A DNA stretch of 64,000 nucleotides from Thermoplasmata archaeon (GTDB lineage: Archaea; Thermoplasmatota; Thermoplasmata; GCA-020350865). Of this stretch, positions 47,291 through 56,796 are shown piece by piece. Made by a program: the position numbers and the translations under genes. The first letter of the stretch is position 1, and every line of letters starts with the position of its first letter. Where the stretch lies: contig CP070751.1 in NCBI GenBank assembly GCA_020348445.1, forward strand, positions 3,463,551-3,527,550, given 5' to 3'. The notes under the pieces were generated by a model. That model worked only from the letters and a program-made list of their open reading frames with translations. It made no database searches and was not told where the DNA came from.

Positions 47291-47440
47291 TCGATAATGT
47301 TAGCAGCGATTTATGTTGCCATCATTGATACATCCCTTGGAATTTGTTATGCTATTACTCACACACCTTTCCTATAGAAATTCACCAAGCATTTAATCTC
47401 TTTCTCAATGTTTCCCTTCATCCCTATTCTATATCTCATT
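47291..47440 (+). pseudogene. Second degenerate TauE 5' fragment
   Basis: SIMLAAIYVAIIDTSLGICYAITHTPFL* aligns ungapped with SIVALAFVCEYLDSSLGMGYGTILTPIL; ctattct.atatctca matches 44936 ff. Confidence 0.65.
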
Positions 47441-47534
47441 AGATAAGTAGTTCTAGATACTCCTAGACTCATTATTTATTTAATCCTCATCCTTGAGGGC
47501 TGCTAGCCTCAATATCTCGTTCTTTTTCAATACA

Positions 47535-48029
47535 TTATAATATATACGGCAAATCCTGCCTGTCTTGAAAGGTATTTGACTTTAGGACGTGGTGAGTATT
47601 CCGAGATCTTTCAAGATTTAATAAAAGGCAAACCCTGATAAACTCCTCATTCTCGCAAGCCTTAATTGTTGTCTTTCCCACGTTCTTTGTGGCCACGATA
47701 TCTACTTCTAGACCAACTACATTTTCAACAAGAACATCTCCAATTTCAATAGGTGCATGAACTTCAAATTCTGCGATGGCATCCATTACAACAAATATCT
47801 TATCCTTGGGTATGGGCTTGTTGCTTTTTACGCTGACCAATGATAATTCTCCGTCCTTGACAATCAAGGTTGTGGTCAAGGTCCTCTTTGGATCAAACAG
47901 CTCCTCTTTTGCGTATCCTATCCCTTTTTTACATTGATGACCCTCGATCTTTGTGATTAATCCTTCCTTATGATGAATTGTCATCTCGCATCCGATTGGG
48001 CATATGATGCATGTGATTTTGGATTCCAT
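47535..48029 (-). CDS. DUF1667-like small Fe-S protein (third gene of G3PDH-type operon)
   Basis: MESKITCIICPIGC, EGHQCKKG, DPKRTLTTT, VSVKSNKPIPK. Confidence 0.82.
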   Translation of the reverse strand: MESKITCIICPIGCEMTIHHKEGLITKIEGHQCKKGIGYAKEELFDPKRTLTTTLIVKDGELSLVSVKSNKPIPKDKIFVVMDAIAEFEVHAPIEIGDVLVENVVGLEVDIVATKNVGKTTIKACENEEFIRVCLLLNLERSRNTHHVLKSNTFQDRQDLPYIL

Positions 48030-48030
48030 T

Positions 48031-49266
48031 TTATTCCACCGAAACGGTAATTTCCTTTGCCCCTTCAATCTCGTTCTTTTTCAGCTTGATTTTGATCATC
48101 TCGGGAGGTGCCACTCTTTTGAATTTCTTTGATTTCAAAACCTCTTGACCATCCATGATTATTATGTTCTTATCGAACCCAGGCTCTAATACCCTCATGT
48201 AAATATCCACATCCTCTAAGGCGATTTTCTGGGGGACCATAAATCTTATGCCTGGCCCAGTTTTTATTTCGATCTTAGGCTTTTTAATCAACTCATCCTT
48301 CACATATAATGCAGCATTCTTTCCCGCTAAATATGCATCCATGGTAACATAATCCACGACATCGTGGACTAGAAGAACATTTCCGCAGGCAAAAATTCCA
48401 GGACAGGAGGTCATGAAATTCTCATCTACAATTGCACCCCCGGTTTTTTCATCCATGGCAATCTTCGCCATTTTTGAAAGCTCGTTCTCTGGTATGAGAC
48501 CTACTGATAAAAGGAGAGTGTCGCACTCGATCTTCCTTTCAGTTCCTTCGATAATATCCCAATTATCATCAACCTCGGCTATAGTTACAGATTCCACCCT
48601 CTCTTTTCCCTCAATATCAACCACTGTATGTCTTAGTAAAAGGGGAATTCCAAAATCTTCCAGACACTGCACACGATTCCGAATTAAACCACTGCAGTAG
48701 GGTAATATCTCAACCACACATGGAACCTCTGCACCCTCCAAAACAAGCCTACGAGCCATAATCAGGCCGATATCTCCGGACCCGAGAATCACAACTTTTT
48801 TTCCTATCATATAATTTCTTATATTGATAAAATGCTGGGCTTCCCCTGCCTTGAAAATACCCGCAGGCCTATCCCCTGGGATGCGGATCATCCCTCTGGT
48901 TCTTTCCCTGCAACCCATGGAAAGCACCACAGCCTTGGCCTCTATTTGGTGGAGCCCTTCTTCATTAGATACAATTAATTCTCTTTTGTCATTCAATTCC
49001 ATTACCATGCTTTTTAGCATAACTGGTATGCCAAGCTCCTTTACCTCATCTATGAATCTCTGGATGTACTCGGGCCCAGTTAGTGCTTCTTTGTAAATCT
49101 CCAATCCAAAGCCCTCGTGGATGCACTGGTTCAGAATTCCTCCCAGATGTTCATCCCTTTCAATGATGAGCAGGTTATCTATTCCCTCCGTTTTTGCAGA
49201 TATGGCTGCAGCAAGGCCTGCTGGACCTGCTCCGATTATCGCAATATCAACTTTCTTCTCTATCAT
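48031..49266 (-). CDS. NAD(P)/FAD-dependent oxidoreductase (G3PDH-type operon partner)
   Basis: GAGPAG, GGILNQCIHEGFG, LTGPEY, GCRERTRG, GSGDIG, GIFACGN. Confidence 0.85.
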   Translation of the reverse strand: MIEKKVDIAIIGAGPAGLAAAISAKTEGIDNLLIIERDEHLGGILNQCIHEGFGLEIYKEALTGPEYIQRFIDEVKELGIPVMLKSMVMELNDKRELIVSNEEGLHQIEAKAVVLSMGCRERTRGMIRIPGDRPAGIFKAGEAQHFINIRNYMIGKKVVILGSGDIGLIMARRLVLEGAEVPCVVEILPYCSGLIRNRVQCLEDFGIPLLLRHTVVDIEGKERVESVTIAEVDDNWDIIEGTERKIECDTLLLSVGLIPENELSKMAKIAMDEKTGGAIVDENFMTSCPGIFACGNVLLVHDVVDYVTMDAYLAGKNAALYVKDELIKKPKIEIKTGPGIRFMVPQKIALEDVDIYMRVLEPGFDKNIIIMDGQEVLKSKKFKRVAPPEMIKIKLKKNEIEGAKEITVSVE

Positions 49267-50728
49267 TTCCCCTCAAATCCTTTGTCCTACCAATAAATAG
49301 ACGAGAATCACCACTCCGGAATGTGATATCTTGAACCCCCATCTTGTACTGCTCCTCCATTATCTGGACTATCCTAGCTCTACAGAATCCTCCCTGACAC
49401 CTGCCCATTGTGGCTCTTGATCTATACTTTATTCCGGCTAAAGTCCTTACCCCAAGGGGATTATCCAGAGCATCCGTGATCTCCTTTTCAGTCACATTCT
49501 CGCATCTGCAAATTACATGGCCATGTTTTGGATTTGTCTCTATCTGCTTCGATTTACCCTTTATATCCAACAAACCAAATCTTCTTCCTGTCCTTCGTGT
49601 TTTAAATTCATCTTTAGGTTTTAGGGTCTCCCTTGATTTAATAATATCAACGACCATCTGGGCAATGGCAGGGGATGCAGAAAGACCAGGGGATTCGATA
49701 CCCATTAAGTTGATGAAACCTTCAACCTTTTCATCTTCCTCGATTACAAAATCACCAGAGGCTTCACATCCTTTAGGAATAAGCTTACATCTAACACCTG
49801 CATAACTTTGTATGTATGCATCTTTGGGCAGCTGTTTTAAGAAGTTGGCTGCTTGGACATTCAGTTTATCCATGGCTTCCTTTGTCGTTCTAATGTCATC
49901 CTTTTCATCAATATATTCGGCGCTGGGTCCAATGAGGATGTTCCCTTCCATCGTGGGCGTTAGGTGAACTCCCAAGCCTCCCGAACCGTTCTCTGGAGGA
50001 GGATATATGAGATGGTTAATCAGATGGTCATAACTCTTGTCAAGTACGAGGTACTCCCCTCTACAAGGGTACACCTTGTGCCTTTCAATTCCCAGCATAT
50101 TTGCTATTGTATCGCAATAAAGGCCGGCACTGTTAATTAACCACCTGGTTCTGAAAGTCAAATTGTCATTTTTTACGTCAAAGTAATTTTCCTTTTTAGA
50201 AACATCTGTCACTTTTGAATTCAAAAAAACCTTAACACCATTTTCCCAGGCGTTCTCAGCCAGGGCGATGGTGAGCTTGTAGGGGGATACGATTCCTGCC
50301 GACGGAACCAGCAAAGCGCATTGCGCCCTGATGTTGGGTTCCAGCCTCCTCACTTCTTCTACATCTATTAATTTTAGGCCTAAAACTCCATTTTCCTTCC
50401 CTACCTTCTTCAATTTCTCCAATTCCTCTATCTCTTTATCGCTTCTTGCAACCACCAGTTTACCTATTCTCTGAAGCTCAACACCAATTTCCTGGGTGAA
50501 TTTGGAAAATAAATCATTACCTTGAACACATAATCGCGCCTTTTGGGATTTTGGAGCAGAATAGATCCCAGAATGAAGAACTCCGGAATTGGCCTTGCTG
50601 GCACCGCCGCAGACATCACTTTCCTTTTCCAAAAGGGCTACTTTCAATTCATACCTGGAAAGCTCCCTGGCAACAGCACATCCTATTACACCAGCTCCAA
50701 TAACCAGTGCATCATAATCATTATCCAT
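49247..50728 (-). CDS. FAD-dependent glycerol-3-phosphate dehydrogenase-like protein with C-terminal BFD-like [2Fe-2S] domain
   Basis: GAGVIG, SKANSGVLHSG, GPSAE, GIESPGLSASPAI, ICRCENV, RATMGRCQGGFC. Confidence 0.82.
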   Translation of the reverse strand: MDNDYDALVIGAGVIGCAVARELSRYELKVALLEKESDVCGGASKANSGVLHSGIYSAPKSQKARLCVQGNDLFSKFTQEIGVELQRIGKLVVARSDKEIEELEKLKKVGKENGVLGLKLIDVEEVRRLEPNIRAQCALLVPSAGIVSPYKLTIALAENAWENGVKVFLNSKVTDVSKKENYFDVKNDNLTFRTRWLINSAGLYCDTIANMLGIERHKVYPCRGEYLVLDKSYDHLINHLIYPPPENGSGGLGVHLTPTMEGNILIGPSAEYIDEKDDIRTTKEAMDKLNVQAANFLKQLPKDAYIQSYAGVRCKLIPKGCEASGDFVIEEDEKVEGFINLMGIESPGLSASPAIAQMVVDIIKSRETLKPKDEFKTRRTGRRFGLLDIKGKSKQIETNPKHGHVICRCENVTEKEITDALDNPLGVRTLAGIKYRSRATMGRCQGGFCRARIVQIMEEQYKMGVQDITFRSGDSRLFIGRTKDLRGNDREES

Positions 50729-50836
50729 GCTCCTTGGAAATGCACAGCCATATTTATGGGTTTTGTGAAGAATCAGTTTTTATTCTATCAGTAAAGTTTA
50801 TTGAACTTGTCTCCATTACCAAATAAAAGTGATACA

Positions 50837-51877
50837 ATGAATGAAAGGGATCCAAAGTTTGCCGCCGAAAGAAAAAAGCTCATGCAGACACCTGTAAATC
50901 AAATTCAATTGCATGACAAGATGTCCCTAAGGGAACTTGTCGATAACTTCTCCACAATGTCCATCCAGGCAAGGAATCTAGGAAATGCCGCTAAAATATG
51001 GGAAAGGATGCTTACTGACGAGGAAAGACCCACCATATTCCTAGGTTTAACAGGCCCTCTGATCGCTGCTGGTTTAAGGAATATCCTTTCAGATATCGTA
51101 AAAAAGACCATGGTTGATGTTGTCGTTTCCACAGGGGCCATTGTGTATCAGGATTTATTGTACGCAAGGGGCGGTCTGCACTATCACGGAAGAAGTGCAA
51201 ATATTGACGATAAAAAACTCAGGGATCTGAGAATAAACAGAATATATGATGTGTTTTCAGATGACATTTTATTCTTTGAAACCGATGATTTCGTTGATAA
51301 ATATACGCAAAATAACATGGAACCTGGCAATTATTCTAGCAGGGAGTTTTTAAGAGAGTTGTCAAAAGATATTACAGATGACAATTCCATATTGAAAGCA
51401 TGCTACGATAACGACACACCCTTATTTGTACCGGCGTTAAATGATTCCTCCATAGGCATAGGTCTTACCAAATATTGGGCAAACAACATGGGCAAACCCA
51501 TGGTAACAATAGATTCCATCAAGGATAACTACGAAATGGTGCAGATCATCATCAACTCAACGAAGACGGGAGCCGTTTATATAGGAGGGGGCGTACCCAA
51601 GAACTTCATAAACGATGCAATAGTTATGGCGAATTTCGATTTTGGAGCCGCTGTAGAGGGCCATAAATACGCTATCCAGGTCTCCACGGCAATACCCATG
51701 GATGGTGGTTTATCAGGAAGTACACTTGGCGAGGCCATTGCTTGGGGAAAGGTAGAGGGCGATGCAAGAAAGGCCATGGTATATATGGAGGCATCAGTGG
51801 GATTACCCCTGATTTTTGGTTATCTTGTAGTTAACAATAAGATGCAAAAAAGGACAAGAATGAATTTTCAGTTTTAA
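50837..51877 (+). CDS. Deoxyhypusine synthase family protein
   Basis: GLTGPL, STGA, PALNDSSIG, IGGGVPKN, DGGLSGSTLGEAIAWGK (catalytic Lys position present). Confidence 0.88.
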   Translation: MNERDPKFAAERKKLMQTPVNQIQLHDKMSLRELVDNFSTMSIQARNLGNAAKIWERMLTDEERPTIFLGLTGPLIAAGLRNILSDIVKKTMVDVVVSTGAIVYQDLLYARGGLHYHGRSANIDDKKLRDLRINRIYDVFSDDILFFETDDFVDKYTQNNMEPGNYSSREFLRELSKDITDDNSILKACYDNDTPLFVPALNDSSIGIGLTKYWANNMGKPMVTIDSIKDNYEMVQIIINSTKTGAVYIGGGVPKNFINDAIVMANFDFGAAVEGHKYAIQVSTAIPMDGGLSGSTLGEAIAWGKVEGDARKAMVYMEASVGLPLIFGYLVVNNKMQKRTRMNFQF

Positions 51878-51942
51878 TGATTTATAATGCAATTTCTTCC
51901 AAAAAAGCTATTTTAAGTGCTAAAGCTACAAAAAACAAGGAA

Positions 51943-52563
51943 CTAGGCGAACTGATAGTTAGAAGCCGTGATGCGTTCTGGGCGTTTTGGTTTATCACCG
52001 GGTAGAGAAAAGGCGTTTTTAACAATCATTTGGTTTACAAGCATCTCTGCCAAGATCTGAAATGCCCTTTCCACATTCTCTCCTGTCTTGGCACTGGTTA
52101 TTAAAAAGGGGGAGTCATTGGTTGAGGCCACACTTTCTAACTCCGCTGCTCCAAAGGTATGCTGGTCCTTAAGATCGCATTTATTGGCAACAAAAACAGA
52201 GGGGATCTGCTGCCCCCCCATTCTCAGTGATTCTATCCACTCATTGAAATGCTGCAATGTCTCTTTTCTTGTTAGATCGCACACTATAATGGCACCTTTT
52301 GCACCTTTTAAATAGGTGGGATGTAGTAGTTTCCTAAAGCTCACCTGACCCATGATATCCCAGATGATAAGCGTGAGGTGAATGTTCAAATTCATCTCGG
52401 GTTTTTTTATGATGATCCTCTTCTTAGTGGTCTTTGTCCCTATTGTGAGAAGATAATCGTCGTTGAACATATCCTCTACGAACCTGCGAATTAAGCTTGT
52501 TTTTCCCACTGCACCGTCTCCCAGGAGACAAACTTTGAATTTAACATTCACAGGCTGATCCAT
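51943..52563 (-). CDS. Rab/Ras-like small GTPase, second copy
   Basis: GDGAVGKT, YLLTIG, WDIMGQ, NKCD, SAKTG. Confidence 0.9.
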   Translation of the reverse strand: MDQPVNVKFKVCLLGDGAVGKTSLIRRFVEDMFNDDYLLTIGTKTTKKRIIIKKPEMNLNIHLTLIIWDIMGQVSFRKLLHPTYLKGAKGAIIVCDLTRKETLQHFNEWIESLRMGGQQIPSVFVANKCDLKDQHTFGAAELESVASTNDSPFLITSAKTGENVERAFQILAEMLVNQMIVKNAFSLPGDKPKRPERITASNYQFA

Positions 52564-52834
52564 AGGCTATTCCTCACTTCTCTGATTAATGTAAAGATTA
52601 TATTTATCGCGCATTCCCAGTTAGACTCCCTTCCCTACATATTCGAATGATGACTATAAAACCGTTGGGTTTGGATTATCATGCCTGATAATTCTTTTTG
52701 CCTAAAAGTGACCAATTAATGGCAAAAAATGGGTTTTTAACGGTCTTAGTTCTCTTAAATATGGCGTCTATATTCGGTTTTAAAGTGACAAATCATTATA
52801 TGGCTCTATACCATTCAGGAGCTAAAATACCCAA

Positions 52835-53863
52835 ATGGAGGACAAATCCCCCATGGAATTGGTAATTAGTGCAGTTCTATTCGTCATTGGACTAACCATC
52901 CTGATAAAGGGCAGTGACTTCTTTATAAGTGGTGCTGCATTTATGGCCAAACATTTTGGCGTAAGCGAACTGATTATTGGCCTTACACTGGTCTCAATGG
53001 GCACCTCTTTACCTGAATTAGGAGCATCTGTATACGCCTCTGCAACTGGAAGCGGAGGTGTGGCCGTGGGAAATGTTGTGGGGAGCAATATCGCAAATAT
53101 TGCATTGGTTTTGGGTGCCTGTCTCATACTGGGCCCTATTGCCGTAAAAAAGAAGATGTTAAGAAGAGACGGACTTGTGATGCTTGGTGTATCTCTGCTT
53201 TTTACTCTTTTCGTGTTTGCAGGATTTGTAAGATGGGAAGGTTTTGTACTAATGATTATTTTTGTTGCCTACATCATTTTTTTATACAAACAAAATAAGG
53301 CCGAAAGAGAAAATAATGGGAAAAATGAAGAGAAGTGTGAAAAGGAAGATGAGAATAAAGAGGAAGATGAGGTTGAAAAGGAAGATGAGTTGAAAAAACC
53401 CAGGATTGAAAAACAAAAGGGACTTGCCAAACAAATCCTTTTCCTGATTGTGGGCTGCGCTGGCGTCTTTATCGGTGCAAAACTGTTGGTGGATTCGGCA
53501 ATTGATATCGCAACAATTTTCGGGATATCTGATACAGTCATTGGCTCAACCCTTGTGGCTTTTGGAACCTCTGTCCCGGAGCTGGCTGTTTCAATGACAG
53601 GAATATTGAAAAAACATGAAGAAATCTCCCTGGGCAATGTCATCGGAAGCAATATATTCAACATACTTTGGGTCATAGGCATTTCAGCAATGGTACAGGA
53701 TTTACCTGTGGATTACAAGCTCCTTTATATCAACATACCCATCATGCTCTTTGTGTCCGCTCTTCTTCTCATATTCATGGCCACCAAGAAAAGACTGACA
53801 CCTTGGGACGGAGTTATTTTCATAACCATGTATACATGGTTTTTGGTTTTCAATTACTGGTGA
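52835..53863 (+). CDS. CaCA family Ca2+/cation antiporter (YrbG-like)
   Basis: GTSLPEL and GTSVPEL alpha repeats, GNVVGSNI / GNVIGSNI; acidic central loop. Confidence 0.92.
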   Translation: MEDKSPMELVISAVLFVIGLTILIKGSDFFISGAAFMAKHFGVSELIIGLTLVSMGTSLPELGASVYASATGSGGVAVGNVVGSNIANIALVLGACLILGPIAVKKKMLRRDGLVMLGVSLLFTLFVFAGFVRWEGFVLMIIFVAYIIFLYKQNKAERENNGKNEEKCEKEDENKEEDEVEKEDELKKPRIEKQKGLAKQILFLIVGCAGVFIGAKLLVDSAIDIATIFGISDTVIGSTLVAFGTSVPELAVSMTGILKKHEEISLGNVIGSNIFNILWVIGISAMVQDLPVDYKLLYINIPIMLFVSALLLIFMATKKRLTPWDGVIFITMYTWFLVFNYW

Positions 53864-53962
53864 ATTCATCTATAATAAATGAAAATTAGGGAGTTTTTTA
53901 AAAACAAGTTGATATAAAATCCCCAAAACCTTCACATACGAGAATTTCTATAACCCCCCTCT

Positions 53963-54889
53963 ATGCTTAAGGTCGTAATTAACATACAAGAGCTCGCCAA
54001 GCATTTCGGTGAGGTCAAGGCAGTTGACGGTGTAAGCCTAAAAATCTATAAAGGCGAGATATTCGGCTTGCTGGGCCCCAATGGAGCTGGAAAGACAACC
54101 ATAATTAGGATGTTATGCGGATTGGCAAGACCCGCCGGCGGGAAAGCCGAGGTTGCCGGATTCGATATTGTAAAGGATTCTGTCAATGTTAGAAAGTTGG
54201 TGGGTGTTGTGCCGCAGTCCAATGTTCTGGATAGAGAACTTACCGTTGGTGGGAATCTGGTCTTTCATGCCAAACTCCACAGAATGAAAAAGAGCAGGTA
54301 CGAAAGGACCATAGAAAGCGCCCTGAAACTCGTGGGATTGCAGGATAAAAAGAACTCAGACCCCATAACACTATCAGGGGGTATGAAAAGGCGTCTAACC
54401 ATAGCAAAGGCCCTTGTCCACGAACCTGAAGTCCTCTTTTTGGATGAGCCCACCACGGGCCTAGATCCCCAATCCAAGAGAGCCTTGTGGGATCGCATTC
54501 AGGCGTTAAGTGAGAAGGGCATAACAATGATCCTCACAACCCATTACATGGAGGAAGCTGAACTGTTATGCGACAGGATAGGTATCATTGACAAGGGAAA
54601 GATCATCGCACTGGATTCACCCTCTGAACTGAAGAAAATATTGAAGGGGGAGGCGATAATTGATGTCACGCATGATGGCAGTCTAAGCCCAGAAGCCCTT
54701 ATGGATCTTGAATTTGCAGGTAAAATCGACCCAAAACATGATAGGATGCGCATTTACACCTCAAAAAAGAAGGAGGCTATCTCGTTTCTTTTCACCAATT
54801 TCTCTGAAAATATAATTTCTGTGGACTTCCATGAGCCCACATTGGAGGATGTGTTCCTTCATCTAACTGGCAAGGAGCTGGGAGGCTGA
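53963..54889 (+). CDS. ABC-2 exporter ATP-binding subunit
   Basis: GPNGAGKT, LSGGM, LDEPTTG, TTHY. Confidence 0.93.
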   Translation: MLKVVINIQELAKHFGEVKAVDGVSLKIYKGEIFGLLGPNGAGKTTIIRMLCGLARPAGGKAEVAGFDIVKDSVNVRKLVGVVPQSNVLDRELTVGGNLVFHAKLHRMKKSRYERTIESALKLVGLQDKKNSDPITLSGGMKRRLTIAKALVHEPEVLFLDEPTTGLDPQSKRALWDRIQALSEKGITMILTTHYMEEAELLCDRIGIIDKGKIIALDSPSELKKILKGEAIIDVTHDGSLSPEALMDLEFAGKIDPKHDRMRIYTSKKKEAISFLFTNFSENIISVDFHEPTLEDVFLHLTGKELGG

Positions 54890-54893
54890 TGAT

Positions 54894-55655
54894 TTGAATC
54901 CTGCACTCAGGGTCGTTGAAAAGGAGATGTATGTCTACTTCAAGACCTACTATACAGAGTTGACCTACGTCATCCTTTTTCCTTTTCTTTTGGTTTGGGC
55001 AATGGAATTAGGTATAGGAGGGGATATTAAAATAATAATAGAAAATACAGAGATACCATACATGCACTTTATAGCGCCTGGTATAATCATAATGAGCGTT
55101 GTCACCACCGCCTTTTTCAATACAGGCTTTATCATGCTCTTTGAGAAGGAGTACCAGGGGTCTTTTGAAGGCGTGATAACATGCCCCATAAGTGTTGAGG
55201 AGATGGTCCTCGGAAAGATCCTTTCAGGAACCATCAAAAGCGTCTTAAATGGCAGCATAATCATCGTTATCCTTCTCTTGGTAATCGGCTATACGCCCCC
55301 CTGGTCAATAATCCTTTCACCTTTGATTCTGTTTGTAACTGGCCTTTTTTTCTCCACAGTGGGGCTCATGCTGGGAGTTATTATTAAAAGAGGCTATCAA
55401 CTTGGTTCCATAGGAAACCTAGTGGTGTTTCCCCCCACATTTCTCGGAGGAATATTCTTTGATGTGAATATCCTACCATCCGGGGTAGCCAGCGCTGTCA
55501 AGCTCTCACCTGTTACAATGATGATAGACGGCCTTAGAAAACTCATGGTTTTTGGTGATGCAAATATCGCGCAAGAAATGATAGTCTGCCTTCTTACATC
55601 CATATTACTTTACTTTTTAGCCGTTAAAATCTTCGAGAGGCAGGTCATACTGTAA
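54894..55655 (+). CDS. ABC-2 type permease
   Basis: FIAPGII, EMVLGK, PTFLGGIFF, SPVT; about 6 TM. Confidence 0.88.
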   Translation: MNPALRVVEKEMYVYFKTYYTELTYVILFPFLLVWAMELGIGGDIKIIIENTEIPYMHFIAPGIIIMSVVTTAFFNTGFIMLFEKEYQGSFEGVITCPISVEEMVLGKILSGTIKSVLNGSIIIVILLLVIGYTPPWSIILSPLILFVTGLFFSTVGLMLGVIIKRGYQLGSIGNLVVFPPTFLGGIFFDVNILPSGVASAVKLSPVTMMIDGLRKLMVFGDANIAQEMIVCLLTSILLYFLAVKIFERQVIL

Positions 55656-55666
55656 AAAAAAAGAAT

Positions 55667-56704
55667 TCAGTCTAAATCCTCATCCTCTTCCAGCTCGATC
55701 CCGTTCTCCTCTTCTTCTCCCTCTTCCCCTTCCTCCTCGATATCTACATCAAACTCGTCATCGAGGTCCTCCTCCTCTGATAATTTCTTTTGGTTTAGAC
55801 CTTTTGGCTTTCTTAAACTTACCAGGAGTATCAGGACGATAATAAAAACCAAGGCTATTAGGGCGTATATTGAAACCATGGTATAATCCCTCTGCCTGTC
55901 CGCGTCCAGGGGAAAATCATCGTATTTATCAGGCACACCATCATTATCATCATCCTTATCTATGGAATCAGGTACATAATCCTCGTCTGTATCCTTGGGG
56001 GTGGATGCGGAATCTTTTGGATCGCTTCCACATAAGTTCTCTGTGTCGTCCATGTAGCCATCATTATCGTCGTCAGAATCAGTTGTGTCGGGATTTAAAT
56101 CCCCATCAGTATCCAGCACTATTGTAGAGTTTTCAGAGCAGATGCAAAGGTAAAATTCAATATCCGCATTTTCCTGAGTCTCGATATAATCTTCATTTGG
56201 AATGTCTATCCCTATAGTTCCTTCCATGGTTGAGTCACTTGATATGCTCAAGGCCACCAATAGGGAAAGGGGTTTTTCTGGTGTTATCGTCAATTGAATG
56301 GGAAACTCGACCCTTCCAACCTCAAAATTTGCGGATCCGACTTTGGTATCCTTGTCCAGGTTCAATTCCCTATTGAAATCGGTATCGTTGTACAAAATAA
56401 CACTTTCAACATTTGCGTCCGAGTAGGAGCCGGTTCGGTGAAAGGTAACTTTACTGAGGGTAACACCCCCAGAATAGGTGGTATTCAATGATACCTGTAG
56501 CATGAGTATGTTATCCATCTCTTCAGCATGCGGACCGCCGAGGTAAATGATCCCAGGTGCCAAATCATTTCCAGAAATCCTCAACATGGGTGTTTCAGAA
56601 GATACAGGCAAAACCCAAAGGGCAAGAAAGGTCAAAATCAAAATTAAGGCCATTGTTGTTATCTTGGTGTTACACCCATGAGTTCTCCTAAGGAGGGTTG
56701 ACAT
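55667..56704 (-). CDS. Cell-surface protein: signal peptide, beta-sandwich, TSP3-like repeats, TM helix, acidic tail
   Basis: DTDGDLNPDTTDSDDDNDG repeats; IYALIALVFIIVLILLVSL-RKPK; Glu/Asp-rich C-terminus. Confidence 0.88.
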   Translation of the reverse strand: MSTLLRRTHGCNTKITTMALILILTFLALWVLPVSSETPMLRISGNDLAPGIIYLGGPHAEEMDNILMLQVSLNTTYSGGVTLSKVTFHRTGSYSDANVESVILYNDTDFNRELNLDKDTKVGSANFEVGRVEFPIQLTITPEKPLSLLVALSISSDSTMEGTIGIDIPNEDYIETQENADIEFYLCICSENSTIVLDTDGDLNPDTTDSDDDNDGYMDDTENLCGSDPKDSASTPKDTDEDYVPDSIDKDDDNDGVPDKYDDFPLDADRQRDYTMVSIYALIALVFIIVLILLVSLRKPKGLNQKKLSEEEDLDDEFDVDIEEEGEEGEEEENGIELEEDEDLD

Positions 56705-56796
56705 TCTACCTTACCTCTGAAAAAATGAAATTGATTAGACTGTTATATACTTTTGGATATTGTCCGAAAGTACCCACGACTTATTTTTAAAGGGAT

